Shown here: positions 13,434-23,237 of the stretch, piece by piece
Numbering within the stretch: the first letter of the stretch is position 1
How the letters are laid out: every line of letters starts with the position of its first letter
NCBI GenBank assembly: GCA_943788985.1
Contig: CALSSJ010000011.1
Coordinates: 1 to 64,000, forward strand
Direction: 5' to 3'
Source of the DNA: an uncultured Lentisphaerales bacterium
Lineage (GTDB): Bacteria; Verrucomicrobiota; Lentisphaeria; JABSQK01; UBA12247
Length of the DNA stretch: 64,000 bases
Notes under the pieces: model-generated
The model's database searches: none
What the model saw: only the letters and a program-made list of their open reading frames with translations
Told to the model about the DNA's origin: nothing
Program-made: the position numbers and the translations under genes

Positions 13434-13817
13434 TTATACCTTCTGAGATAGCTGGTGTAGAGAATACACATCAAAAACAGTGAGCACTGCATAGGGCACC
13501 AAGATGCCGCACGTCAGCGCGTTGATCGGTTCAATTTGAGCGAACTGTGCAATCGCAAGCACCAGCACTAAGCCCATTGCACGGACTGAGCGGATGGCAA
13601 GGCCCACCATCGGCGGCGTCCCATTCCGGATGCAGCGGTGTTCGGCAAACATCACGACAGCTGCACTCAGCGTCGCTAGGAGCCAGCCAGCGACAAGCGA
13701 CTGCGTCCAGTTTGGCTGTCCAGCAAAGGGTAACAGGCAGGCCGCCGAGAGCAGGGCACCTAGCCCGGCTTGTATGCGCCAGTCACTCATCTTTGTCAGT
13801 GGAGTCATTGTTCTCAT
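13434..13817 (-). CDS. AtpI-like four-helix membrane protein
   Basis: About 4 hydrophobic segments, directly upstream of atpB. Confidence 0.55.
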   Translation of the reverse strand: MRTMTPLTKMSDWRIQAGLGALLSAACLLPFAGQPNWTQSLVAGWLLATLSAAVVMFAEHRCIRNGTPPMVGLAIRSVRAMGLVLVLAIAQFAQIEPINALTCGILVPYAVLTVFDVYSLHQLSQKV

Positions 13818-14007
13818 TTTGCTCAGCCATTCGAATCAGCTTCCACAGCTCGTAGGCACCGTAGAAGAGCCCCATAAAGAGCCCCCCCAGAACGCCCGCT
13901 TCCTGCGGCCAGTTCATTTTCTTCCCGATCCAAACACCAAGAAACGTGAACGTGAGCACCCCGGCGGTGAATGTGTAGCCAAAGGATAGCGCTTGTCCGC
14001 GATTCAT
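13783..14007 (-). CDS. AtpZ/AtpI-family small membrane protein
   Basis: Two TM helices (LG.WIG...G.L.G.F.G.F.G.YELWK); first gene of the atp operon. Confidence 0.75.
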   Translation of the reverse strand: MNRGQALSFGYTFTAGVLTFTFLGVWIGKKMNWPQEAGVLGGLFMGLFYGAYELWKLIRMAEQNENNDSTDKDE

Positions 14008-14169
14008 AAGTTCTTGCCGCGAATAAAAAGCGGGTACACTACGAAAGAGAGCGCAGGTGTCAAGACCATTCCGGCATAGCCCCGCTCGGAACGCAGCTCA
14101 AGACTCTACATTTGCTGCCTGTGGCAGCCCTGTCAGCTGTGGCGCGGCCCAATGTAGCCAGCCTAGGAA

Positions 14170-14594
14170 GTAGAGGAAGATCATCGGCACTACCTTATAG
14201 TCTGTCAGCTGGACAAAATGGGAAATGAAACCAGCCGGGGATTTCAGGCTATCAATCGCTGAAGCGTCTCTGGAGACTTGGTCCATGAGCCCTGGGGAGC
14301 CGTATTCGAGTCGTTCGGCCAGGATCTCCAAGCAGCAGACGGAAAAATTTCTTCGGACTCGAAGGGATCACCGCCGATGCCTTCAAAGGACGGCGGCAGC
14401 ACCAGATACCCGGCACTCAGGCGCCGCAGCAACTCGAACAACATGGTCGTCTTGCCGTATTGCCGCGGCCGGTTGATGGCGAAATAGTCCCCCTGCTCGA
14501 TCAACTTCCGGACGCGCGCGACCTTTCCCGACAGGTCCACCATAAAGTGACGCTGTGGGTTGCAGCTACGCGTGACATTGAAGGTTCGGTGCAT
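14170..14594 (-). pseudogene. Truncated AAA-like ATPase (N-terminal part only)
   Basis: FNVT.SC.P..HFMVD, YFAINRPRQYGKTT (Walker A), frameshift near 14340; similarity ends at KVVPMI just where Walker B would be. Confidence 0.75.
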
Positions 14595-15110
14595 GATCGG
14601 TCGTGAACGTGCGGGCCCTCTGGTGGGCGGTTGCTAGCGTGTTGCCGAAATCTGTGTCATCGGCTGTCTCTGGTGAACTATCCCCGTTGGTAACGTCCTG
14701 CCCGCTGCCGTGTTTAGTACTTGCCCAGAACCCACAACCGCTTCGGGCGTAGTAGGTCGATGTTCCCGAGATCGCCGAAGGCAGACCCTCCCCACCACGG
14801 CCGGAGTTGTTCGCGCCATGGCCACCCTAGCCCAACTCTCCCGCTTCGCCGCCCGCACAAATGCGCGAAATCGGCAAAAAAATTACGATAAAGCGATATC
14901 TTGGGGATCCGGAGGCCGTACCAGCCCGTAACTGTCATGGGATCCCGGCTACGTTCGATGATCTCTTCGGAACATCAGCGAACTGTGCCTACCAGACTGG
15001 CACCGGTGGCGCCCCGCCCGCATCCTTCCCTTAGGTTGCTGTGAGCCGACCGATTGATGTTACGGCAAATCAGTAGCAGGTCAATCTAAGCGCCAGACAG
15101 ACGCGTAGGC

Positions 15111-16145
15111 CTAGCGGAAATCCCACTCAGGCGAGCCTGGAGGATCTACTTGCTCAGTCGCCGCGCCGAGCGCGAAACTGGCCAGCGTTAGGTTGCGCGC
15201 CTTCCAATAGGCTGACCCTTTGCAAAAGCCGTAGAAGCTGGGCTTGAAGCTATCTACGAAATCAACCTTGGCGGCGGCGGGCACGTTTAGCCCGAGGAGG
15301 CTGTAGCTGGCGTTCACCAAGAGGCGACGAAGGTCCGCACTGACCAAGTCCACCGCGGCGCCAGTGGTGGTGCAAAACGAAGTTCCAGTGCCGGTGCCGT
15401 CCGGAGTCTGGTAGGTGTGCAACCAGGCCAACGCCTGCATCGGCTCGTTCTGCGCTCCAACTACCGGCGCGGATGTCGGTTCCAGATTTTCGGTCACTGC
15501 GCCACGCAGCAGCACCGTGTCGGCATCAGTCAGATGCTTCACACCATAGACATCACTGGGGGCAAAGACATCCGCTACGCCGCGCAAAATGGGGTGACTG
15601 GCGTTGGCTTTTTCGATGACCCCGCGGGCACCTTCCTTCTTGTGGTGGCCGTGATGGCTTACCCACTGCTCGCCCAGAACCAGGCGCCCAAATTGGCCGT
15701 AGCCGATGCTGCCAAACTTATCAGGGCCATTGAACGCATGGGTCGCGGTGCGAATGCCGATGACCGGTTTGCCGGCGTTCAGGAAGTCTGTGATGTGCTG
15801 CCCGTCCTGCGCAGATGGACGGCGAAAACGCGTGCCGATGAGCATCAGGTCCGCGCTTTTCAAAGCCTCCAAGCCACGCAGGCCCTGCTGATTGTTGGGA
15901 TCGATAAAGCTGCCGTCTGCACTCCAGCTAAAAATGACGGTACAGGTGAAGCCATGGTGTTGGCTTAGAATCTTCGCCAGCATTGGCATCGATTCCTCGG
16001 ATCGATACTCCTCGTCACCAGCTACCAAGACGATGTGTTTGCCTTTCCCAGGGCCTTCTGAGCCTTCAAAAACCAAAGTGAAATCTTTTGCAAACATCGC
16101 AGGCACCAGACATGAAATTAGCGTGAAGATGAGAAATCGTGACAT
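15111..16145 (-). CDS. Secreted ThuA-like domain protein
   Basis: Signal peptide MSRFLIF..., GKGKHIVLVAGDEEYRSEESMPMLAKILS, GIRTATHAF; start trimmed to 16145. Confidence 0.8.
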   Translation of the reverse strand: MSRFLIFTLISCLVPAMFAKDFTLVFEGSEGPGKGKHIVLVAGDEEYRSEESMPMLAKILSQHHGFTCTVIFSWSADGSFIDPNNQQGLRGLEALKSADLMLIGTRFRRPSAQDGQHITDFLNAGKPVIGIRTATHAFNGPDKFGSIGYGQFGRLVLGEQWVSHHGHHKKEGARGVIEKANASHPILRGVADVFAPSDVYGVKHLTDADTVLLRGAVTENLEPTSAPVVGAQNEPMQALAWLHTYQTPDGTGTGTSFCTTTGAAVDLVSADLRRLLVNASYSLLGLNVPAAAKVDFVDSFKPSFYGFCKGSAYWKARNLTLASFALGAATEQVDPPGSPEWDFR

Positions 16146-16580
16146 GGAAGAACTCCGTTCTAAGGTGAACTGACAGTGAATGCCCTGACTATATAGGAGT
16201 CGGGCGGGGTAGCCAAGGAAATTGAGAAGAAGAACTAGAAATAGCCCTGGGGGCGCGGGCGGCTCCCCCACATTCTGTTTCCGCACTGCTCTGAGGGATT
16301 CCCTGGGGGTGACTGATGAACGACAAGAGTGAAGAGACAACGCAGGCAAAGTCGCGGGGGGCCGAGTATTCGACTGCGCGTGTCCTCTGCTGTTTCGCTT
16401 GGTTTCATGGCCATCAGGGTGGTGTGTGCCATGGGAGAGTACAAGCCAAGCGTCAGGCAGAGTAATGCAAAATTCCGATTGGAACGCTTAGGATACTACA
16501 TGGAAGAGTACCGGAAGCCGAGACCTTCAGGCTTGTTCCCTGGGGCGCAGATAAGGTGCCCGGCGGGACAGGGCAGCTCC

Positions 16581-16737
16581 GTGACAGTCAGTGTGAGTCA
16601 GCCGACCAGAGAGTCAGCGCAAGAGTCAAGAGTCGGGCGTCAAGAGTCAAATTGCTGCCCGCGGATTGGTGACTCTTGACTCTTGACTTTTGACTCTTGG
16701 AGTGACGAGACTGGTCGACGGCGTAGCGCCTTGGCTC
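16581..16737. repeat. Heptamer-array hairpin element, copy 1
   Basis: Left arm of CAAGAGT/AGAGTCA units, about 15-nt centre, right arm of GACTCTT units, then a 39-bp tail identical to copy 2. Confidence 0.9.
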
Positions 16738-16743
16738 GCCCAC

Positions 16744-19713
16744 CTACTCGATGCTTGAATGGAACGCATAGGTGCCGGAAGCCATAGCCAGCACAGCACG
16801 GTTATCTTCCATTTTCAGGAACGAAATACCGGGTGCTTTACAGGCTAGTTGGCCAGACTCCATAAGCGAATCGAGATCCTTCGTCGGCACATACACCGTG
16901 GCGGTGGTGTTGGCTGGGACAGTGATCGTCCAGCTAAACTTCCCACCCTCCAGCTTCCAGTCACTGCCGATGCGACCATGAATGGAATCGTAGTGGCCCT
17001 TCGCCCACGTGATGCCCTCGCCTAGCTCCGGCTTCATGATGAGCTTCTTAAAGCCTACCCCATCGCTATCGATTCCGAGCATGCTCCGAAACATCCATTC
17101 ACCACAGGACCCCAGCGAATAGTGATTGAACGAATTCATCTTCACATCCCCAAAACCTGTGTCCTTGCTGTAGCTGTTCCAGCGCTCCCAGATCGTGGTT
17201 GCGCCCTGCTCGATGGAATAGCCCCAGGAGGGAAACGTCGTGTTCTGGATCAGCCGATAGGCTAAATCGCTACGGCCGATATCCGTCAGGGTGGGCAGCA
17301 GGATGGGCATGCCCAAGAAGCCGACCGATAGATGATAATTCCGCTCCTTGATCCGCTCGACCAGATGAGCCGCCGCCTGCTCGCGCTGCAGATCTGTGAG
17401 CAGGTCGAAACTCAGGGCTAGGCAATAGGCAGTCTGGAGATTGCTCTCGATCTTGCCGTCCGCTTTCACATACGTCTTCTGAAAATAGCCGCGGATCGCT
17501 TCGAATTGTTTGTGGTAGCTGGCGGCATCCTCTTTCTTGCCGAGCGCGTCCGCCATGTCAGCCATCAGGCTGGTGGTGTAGGCGTAGTAAGCGGTCGAGA
17601 TGAGCGCTGAGGGCGGGCGACCACCGGGAGCCAGCCAGTCACCCCAGGTGTGCTGCTTTCTGCCCCCAAGCCCGTCTTTGCCGCAAGCCTCAACGTACCG
17701 GGCCATTGCTTCATAATTGTCTGCAATCACCCTAGTGTCTCCGTACACATGATGGATGGTCCATGGCGAGATAATCCCCGCGCAGGCCCAAGCCGCCGCA
17801 CCGTGACCGTGAAACACCGGGGCCTGGTTGCCGAATTGTCCGTGCCGATTCTGGGTGTCCATCAGATCGACGATCCACTTGGTGAAGAAGGCCGACACAT
17901 CCTGATTATAGCAGGCGGTCCGGATAAAAACCTGGGTGTCGCCGGTCCAGCCAAGGCGCTCGTCACGCTGTGGACAATCGGTCGGCACTTCCAGATAATT
18001 GGAACGCTGCCCCCAAAGGATATTGCTACGCAGCTGGTTCAGCATCGGATTGGAACACTCGAAGGAGGCCGAGATGGGAGAATCCGAATGCACCACAACG
18101 CCAGTGACTGCATCCGGGGCAGGTGCTCCCCGTAGTCCGGTGATTTGCACATAGCGAAATCCGTGAAAGGTAAAGCGCGGCTCCCAAATCTCTTCGCCGC
18201 CTCCCTTAAGAACGTAGGTGTCCACAGCCCGAGCTGAGCGCAGGTTCGCGGTATAAACGGTGCCGTCGGCATTCAGCATTTCAGCAAAATGCATCACCAC
18301 CTCGTCGCCAGCATTCCCCGTTACCTTCAAGCGAATCCAACCGGAAAAGTTCTGTCCCAGGTCAAACACATAGCTGCCAGTCTTGGGTTCAGTCACTGCC
18401 AGTGTCGGCAGTTCCAAGGTGCGGCGCACCGGATCGCCAGGATATGCCTCTAGCGGCGCGTTCAGCTCGGAGCCGGTGACGACCGGCGACCATTTACTCG
18501 CATCAAACCCAGCACGATTCCAGCCCGGCAGCTCACGGCGCGCATCGTACACCTCGCCCGCCTGCATATCCGACTCAAGAATCGGGCCGTAAGCGCCCTG
18601 CCAGCTCTTATCAGACGTGATCACGTCGGATTGCCCGTCCACATAATCGATGTGCAGTTGGCCCTTGAAACGCAGGAGAGTGCCATAATGATTCTGATCG
18701 ATGCAGCTGATATTGCCACGAAACCAGCCGTCACCAAGAATGGCACCGAGCGCGTTTGCCCCGGTTTCCAACATGCTTGTCACATCATAGGCGCGGTAGT
18801 AAATCCGCTTGCGGTAGTCAGTCCAGCCTGGCATAAAAAACTCATCGCCCACCCGCCGACCATTCAAGCTCAGCTCAAAGACGCCCTGCGCGGTGGCATA
18901 GACCACCGCCCGCTTCACTGCGGCGCGAACCTGAAATTCCTTGCGCAGATAAGGCGCCGGAAGATACGTCTTCCGCTTCCGGGAAATTGTGAGATCCAGT
19001 TCCTTATTCTCATCAACCGTGGCTTTCATGTCCCGGCTGTCGACCGTGTATTCAAGCTCCAGCTTCTTCTTAATTTCGTAGGCTGGATCGGTACCGGCGA
19101 AATCATTGGTTGGCGTCAACAACAGATGCCCTGCATCTACATGCTTCTGAACGGCCTCCTTCAAGTCCATCTGTTTCGTGGGATCGTCCAACACACCATA
19201 GATCGCCTTCTGAATCACAATCTTCGGGGCTTTCCCGTCCAGCGCAGCCCGATAAGCAGGTTTTACATCTGGCTTCTTGTCCAGCCCGATCCAGTCGGCC
19301 TGCCAATCAGCGACCTCCAGCAATCCCATCGACCAGCTGGCGGGCTTGCTTTCCGCTTTGGCGCCGTCGCTCGTCGCGACGACTACTTTCCAGAAATAGA
19401 GAGTTTTGGATCTCAGCGCTGGCCCGGCGTATTCCACCTGGCTCGACTGGTCGCTCTTCACCACACCGCTATCCCAGACATCACCACGGTTCTGATTCAA
19501 GAGGTCGACCGATGAGGCCACCAGGATCCGGTAACTATCCTGTCGGATCCCACGTTCATCGGCAGAAAGTTCCCAGCTTAGGCGCGGGGTTCGCACATCG
19601 ATCCCCAACGGGGCTTCCAGATATTCACAGCGTAAGTGTTCCACAGTGCTCCCAGCTATGCTGCTTAGTGTTGTGATGATGAGGGCCATTATTATTGTAG
19701 TCGTTCGTTTCAT
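16744..19713 (-). CDS. Alpha-L-rhamnosidase, GH78, secreted
   Basis: LRCEYL..PLGID...PRLSW, PGWTDY.KR, FDLGQNFSG, PTDCPQRDERLGWTGD, GATTIWERWN, MNSFNHY. Confidence 0.93.
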   Translation of the reverse strand: MKRTTTIIMALIITTLSSIAGSTVEHLRCEYLEAPLGIDVRTPRLSWELSADERGIRQDSYRILVASSVDLLNQNRGDVWDSGVVKSDQSSQVEYAGPALRSKTLYFWKVVVATSDGAKAESKPASWSMGLLEVADWQADWIGLDKKPDVKPAYRAALDGKAPKIVIQKAIYGVLDDPTKQMDLKEAVQKHVDAGHLLLTPTNDFAGTDPAYEIKKKLELEYTVDSRDMKATVDENKELDLTISRKRKTYLPAPYLRKEFQVRAAVKRAVVYATAQGVFELSLNGRRVGDEFFMPGWTDYRKRIYYRAYDVTSMLETGANALGAILGDGWFRGNISCIDQNHYGTLLRFKGQLHIDYVDGQSDVITSDKSWQGAYGPILESDMQAGEVYDARRELPGWNRAGFDASKWSPVVTGSELNAPLEAYPGDPVRRTLELPTLAVTEPKTGSYVFDLGQNFSGWIRLKVTGNAGDEVVMHFAEMLNADGTVYTANLRSARAVDTYVLKGGGEEIWEPRFTFHGFRYVQITGLRGAPAPDAVTGVVVHSDSPISASFECSNPMLNQLRSNILWGQRSNYLEVPTDCPQRDERLGWTGDTQVFIRTACYNQDVSAFFTKWIVDLMDTQNRHGQFGNQAPVFHGHGAAAWACAGIISPWTIHHVYGDTRVIADNYEAMARYVEACGKDGLGGRKQHTWGDWLAPGGRPPSALISTAYYAYTTSLMADMADALGKKEDAASYHKQFEAIRGYFQKTYVKADGKIESNLQTAYCLALSFDLLTDLQREQAAAHLVERIKERNYHLSVGFLGMPILLPTLTDIGRSDLAYRLIQNTTFPSWGYSIEQGATTIWERWNSYSKDTGFGDVKMNSFNHYSLGSCGEWMFRSMLGIDSDGVGFKKLIMKPELGEGITWAKGHYDSIHGRIGSDWKLEGGKFSWTITVPANTTATVYVPTKDLDSLMESGQLACKAPGISFLKMEDNRAVLAMASGTYAFHSSIE

Positions 19714-19732
19714 GCGTAATTCCGTGTTCTAA

Positions 19733-21007
19733 TCACTTCTCTGGGGTCCACCACCTATCGATCTCCTTCGTCAGTTCGCTAACCTTTTCTGGGTGCTGTG
19801 CAGCCAGATTGGTCTTCTGCATCGGGTCATCCTTCAGGTTGAAGAGCTGAACCATTTCTGTCGGAGCAGCCATCTGCCACTTTTTGAGTTTTAGGTCCGG
19901 GTGCGGGGGCTGCGAGACGGTCAGCTTCCACTCCCGACCTAGATACGAACGATCACGCAGCCCGGCAGCAGGCTGATCCACGGCCAGCATGTCGTGGGTG
20001 AAGTTTTCCAGAAACAGGTTTTGGCGAGCCGCAACAGCCTCATCATTCAACAGGTCGACTCCCGGCAACTCCGGCGGAATATCCACACCACAGGCCGCCA
20101 GAATCGTTGGGACGAGATCGAGATTGCTGGCCAGATTGCGCTCATCCTTGCGCGGCTCCGTCTGGCCAGGCCACTTGATCATGACAGGCGTTCTCACGCT
20201 CATTTCATGGGAAGCTCCTTTGACAGATCCTCGCCCTAGGCTCCCCCAGCCGTTGTCGCAGATGTAGAAAACAATCGTGTTATCTGTCAGCCCTTTTTCG
20301 TCGAGGTGATCGAGCAATTCGCCGCAGGTTTCATCGAACCACTCACACATGGCATAATACTTGGTCTGGCGCCCGGCGCCCAGTGCCGCATATTTCTCCT
20401 CCAGCCGCTGCGGCGGCGTGTGCGGGGTATGCGGCATAAAAGGTGCGTACCAAACCATGAATGGCTTGGCCTGCTCTTGGGCCTTGTCGATAAACTCATA
20501 GATCGGCTGCATGGTATCCCGCCCAATACTGAGGGAATACTCCGTGCCGTGCCGCCCAGTCGGCCCCATGCTGTCGGTAAAGCCGGACACCTCGGGGTTT
20601 GCATGCCAATACTTGCCCGTGTGCAGCGACAGGTATCCATTCTGCGCCAGCAACCTCGGCAGTTGTGGCATACTGCGGAACGTGGAGATCCAGGGCTCAC
20701 GTTTGATGCCGGGCAGCGGATCATTCCCCGTCGTGCCGTGTTGATGCGGATACAACCCGGTCAGCATCGAAGATAGCGACGGACTGCAAAGCGCGGTCGT
20801 CACATAGCCCCGCGTATAAACCAAACTCTCAGACGCGAGCCGGTCGAGCCGCGGGGTTTGGATGATGTCATGCCCCATAAAGCTGTAATCGGCATAGCCC
20901 TGATCATCACTGAGAATCAAGACCACATTCGGGGGCGCAGGCTCTTCAGCGATGCATACAGAAAGTCCAGCGACAACGAGTAGCAGGGTGAGGATCATTT
21001 TTTTCAT
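19733..21007 (-). CDS. Formylglycine-type (S1) sulfatase-like hydrolase, secreted
   Basis: PNVVLILSDDQG, TPRLD.LA, LCSPSLSSMLTG, TGKYW, DNG, LFNLKDDP. Confidence 0.88.
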   Translation of the reverse strand: MKKMILTLLLVVAGLSVCIAEEPAPPNVVLILSDDQGYADYSFMGHDIIQTPRLDRLASESLVYTRGYVTTALCSPSLSSMLTGLYPHQHGTTGNDPLPGIKREPWISTFRSMPQLPRLLAQNGYLSLHTGKYWHANPEVSGFTDSMGPTGRHGTEYSLSIGRDTMQPIYEFIDKAQEQAKPFMVWYAPFMPHTPHTPPQRLEEKYAALGAGRQTKYYAMCEWFDETCGELLDHLDEKGLTDNTIVFYICDNGWGSLGRGSVKGASHEMSVRTPVMIKWPGQTEPRKDERNLASNLDLVPTILAACGVDIPPELPGVDLLNDEAVAARQNLFLENFTHDMLAVDQPAAGLRDRSYLGREWKLTVSQPPHPDLKLKKWQMAAPTEMVQLFNLKDDPMQKTNLAAQHPEKVSELTKEIDRWWTPEK

Positions 21008-21305
21008 GATTTACACTTATTTGTAATTTCCAGACAGTAGGGCGACGTTTATCTCAGTCTGCGGTGTCCGCAAGAATCGGTCTCCCGATAGTTACCGCCG
21101 GGTCGCGGAACCTCACGCGCCGACAAGGATATCCGAAGCGAACATCGGGCCGGTAGGTTTCTGGTTGCGCAGGTGGTTGAGACGCAATCTGAGACGGTTC
21201 TGTCCCTGAATTATTAGGTAAAAACCTACCCCGCGCAACCCAACCAGCCCAGAGGACTTGTGTGGAAGCTTGAGCACAAATGTTGTATGGAAAGGAGCGA
21301 TCGCC

Positions 21306-21529
21306 GTGACGGTCAGTGAGCCAGCCGGTCAGAGAGTCAGCGCAAGAGCCAAGAGTCGCCTGTCAAGAGTCAAATTGCCAAGCTTGCAGCTTCTCCCTCG
21401 CCGTTCTGCCTTGTGGCTCGACCTTCCCGCCCGCAGCGGGAATTCTGGCGGGGCGGACTCTTGACTCTTGACTCTTGACTTTTGACTCTGGGAGTGACGA
21501 GACTGGTCGACGGCGTAGCGCCTTGGCTC
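21306..21529. repeat. Heptamer-array hairpin element, copy 2
   Basis: Same arms and orientation as 16581..16737, but with an unrelated centre of about 77 nt. Confidence 0.9.
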
Positions 21530-21916
21530 TTCCGCCTGAGGTGGACGATAGGGGTGGACGATTCCAGGTCCTACGCAGTCAACCTTTCTCGTCGAACTCT
21601 CTCCTCAACCCAATCCGATGCGAGGTGTGTAGGAGGATGAGGACGATCGGTACCGTTTCCATTTTGCCGGGCCGTGCGGATGATCCTCGCTCAGGCGGAG
21701 TGCCCGCATCCCTGAGTCTCTGCATCGTCTGCCACTGAAACCGCTCGGAGACAGACGGCGTTCCTTTGTCAGAGTAGCTCCGGTAACGTGCGGAGGGCCT
21801 CTTCGAAAGGGAGGGCTGTGATGCCGTCGAAATACTTGCTGAGGTTCGGAGGATCGTTTGAGAGGGGATCGGCTGCGGGGGGTGCGAAGTCAGGGGTTTG
21901 CCGCGATTGTATCTGT

Positions 21917-22105
21917 ATGAACGAACAACCAACACCGGAAGCTGAGTTGCCTACGTATAGTGAGGAAGGCGTGGATTTAACGCTCATTCGCTGGATGTTA
22001 TCATTGACGGCCGAAGAGCGAATCTTACATTTGCAGAGTCAAGCTGCGGGACTACAGGAGCTGCGTGATGCCGCTAGGCGCGTTCGATTATCTAGGTCTT
22101 CTTGA
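21917..22105 (+). CDS. Small putative antitoxin partner of a nucleotidyltransferase
   Basis: GVDLTLIRWMLSLTAEERI motif; overlaps the start of the downstream NTase gene. Confidence 0.65.
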   Translation: MNEQPTPEAELPTYSEEGVDLTLIRWMLSLTAEERILHLQSQAAGLQELRDAARRVRLSRSS

Positions 22106-22560
22106 GTGCCTTGTCGCAGCTGACGTCGATTTTGTCCTGATTGGTGGGGTCTGTGCTGTCGCGCACGGAGCACCGGTGACAACATTCGATCTTGACGTCC
22201 TCTACGCCAAAGATGCAGAGAATATAGATCGAATTCTATCGGCACTCGCGGCGATTCATGCGTATCACCGCGAGCCAGGCAGTCATCGTCTTTCGCCTCA
22301 GCGCCGCGCCCTCGAATCCGGAAGCCTTATTCATGACAGATCTCGGATCACTTGATTTTCTTGGAGATCTATCTGGCCGAGAAATCAGTTCCTTGCGAAG
22401 CCGAACTGATGAATTTCAGCTACAGACCGGATCGACGTTGAAAATGTTAGACCTTGAAACCTTAATCGAAGTCAAAGCCGCAGCGGGGCGCCCGAAAGAC
22501 CAGATGGTCTTGCCGATTCTGCGCGAGACCCTCCGCGAACGCGAGCGTCTCGGCGAATAG
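22065..22560 (+). pseudogene. Nucleotidyltransferase-family protein, frameshifted near 22320
   Basis: DFVLIGGVCAVAHGAPVTTFDLDV in the first frame; TDLGSLDFL...LDLETLIEVKAAAGRPKD in the second frame. Confidence 0.75.
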
Positions 22561-22570
22561 CGCATGACTC

Positions 22571-22685
22571 TTGGACTTGATGACCTGGTGACGCCATGAC
22601 CCGATGGCGCCCAACAGGCCACCAATATGGCACCAAGGGAGCTCGGTCATGATGTTGTCGGGAGTCACCAAGTCACCAAGTCCAA
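22571..22685. repeat. Imperfect 22-bp inverted repeat built from GTCACCAA-type units
   Basis: TTGGACTTGATGACCTGGTGAC (22571) pairs with GTCACCAAGTCACCAAGTCCAA (22664) with 2 mismatches. Confidence 0.8.
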
Positions 22686-23237
22686 ACGGAAGTTGCGTTG
22701 CCGCAATCCAGCCCCATCAGCTTGGCTGGTAGGAGCGGCAGTCGCTCTTGGCTGGTACCCTCATTCCCCGACCGGGCAAGCTAGTTGGGAGCCTCACTCC
22801 ACCGCCGCCCAGCGCGCCAAGATTTGATCTTCACTCAAGGCGCGATTGGTGACCTGAAAGTCATCGAGAGCCCCCACAAAAGGCGTGCGGTGCTGACCGA
22901 GGAATGGAGAGCCGATCCCGGCCCTGACGCCTTTGAAATCAAAGGCGCTTCGAAAGGCCGATCGTAGCACACGGGGACGTCATTTACGCCAGCAATTGCC
23001 AGGCAATGCCCCCTTCTGCAATCGACGCCTCCAGCGCCTTCCCACGCTTGCTTCTGTACCGTGATTCACCACACTAGTGGTCCGGGGAGAGAGGACTCCG
23101 CCTCCCCGGCGAGGCAGCGGTTGGGGCGTTTGTTTCAGGGGAGCCGTGTCCCATGCACGAATGGCACATTGGCTCGGATTGGTTTCAGGGGAGCGAGTTG
23201 TTTCATAGTCGTGTTGGAGTCACAGCCCTACCTATCC

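Noticed and set aside
16329..16679. ORF with RLERLGYY reminiscent of a GlnRS C-terminal motif
   Set aside because: Single short match; the ORF runs into the repeat element and has no other support.
21188..21208. TGAGACGGTTCTGTCCCT resembling a 23S rRNA segment
   Set aside because: Short and mismatched, with no flanking rRNA similarity.
16581..21529. Repeats as a CRISPR array
   Set aside because: Only two copies, 4.7 kb apart, made of heptamer units; no regular spacers and no cas genes.
21579..21987. Minus-strand ORFs 21579..21935 and 21769..21987
   Set aside because: No recognisable motifs; they overlap the better-supported plus-strand small gene.
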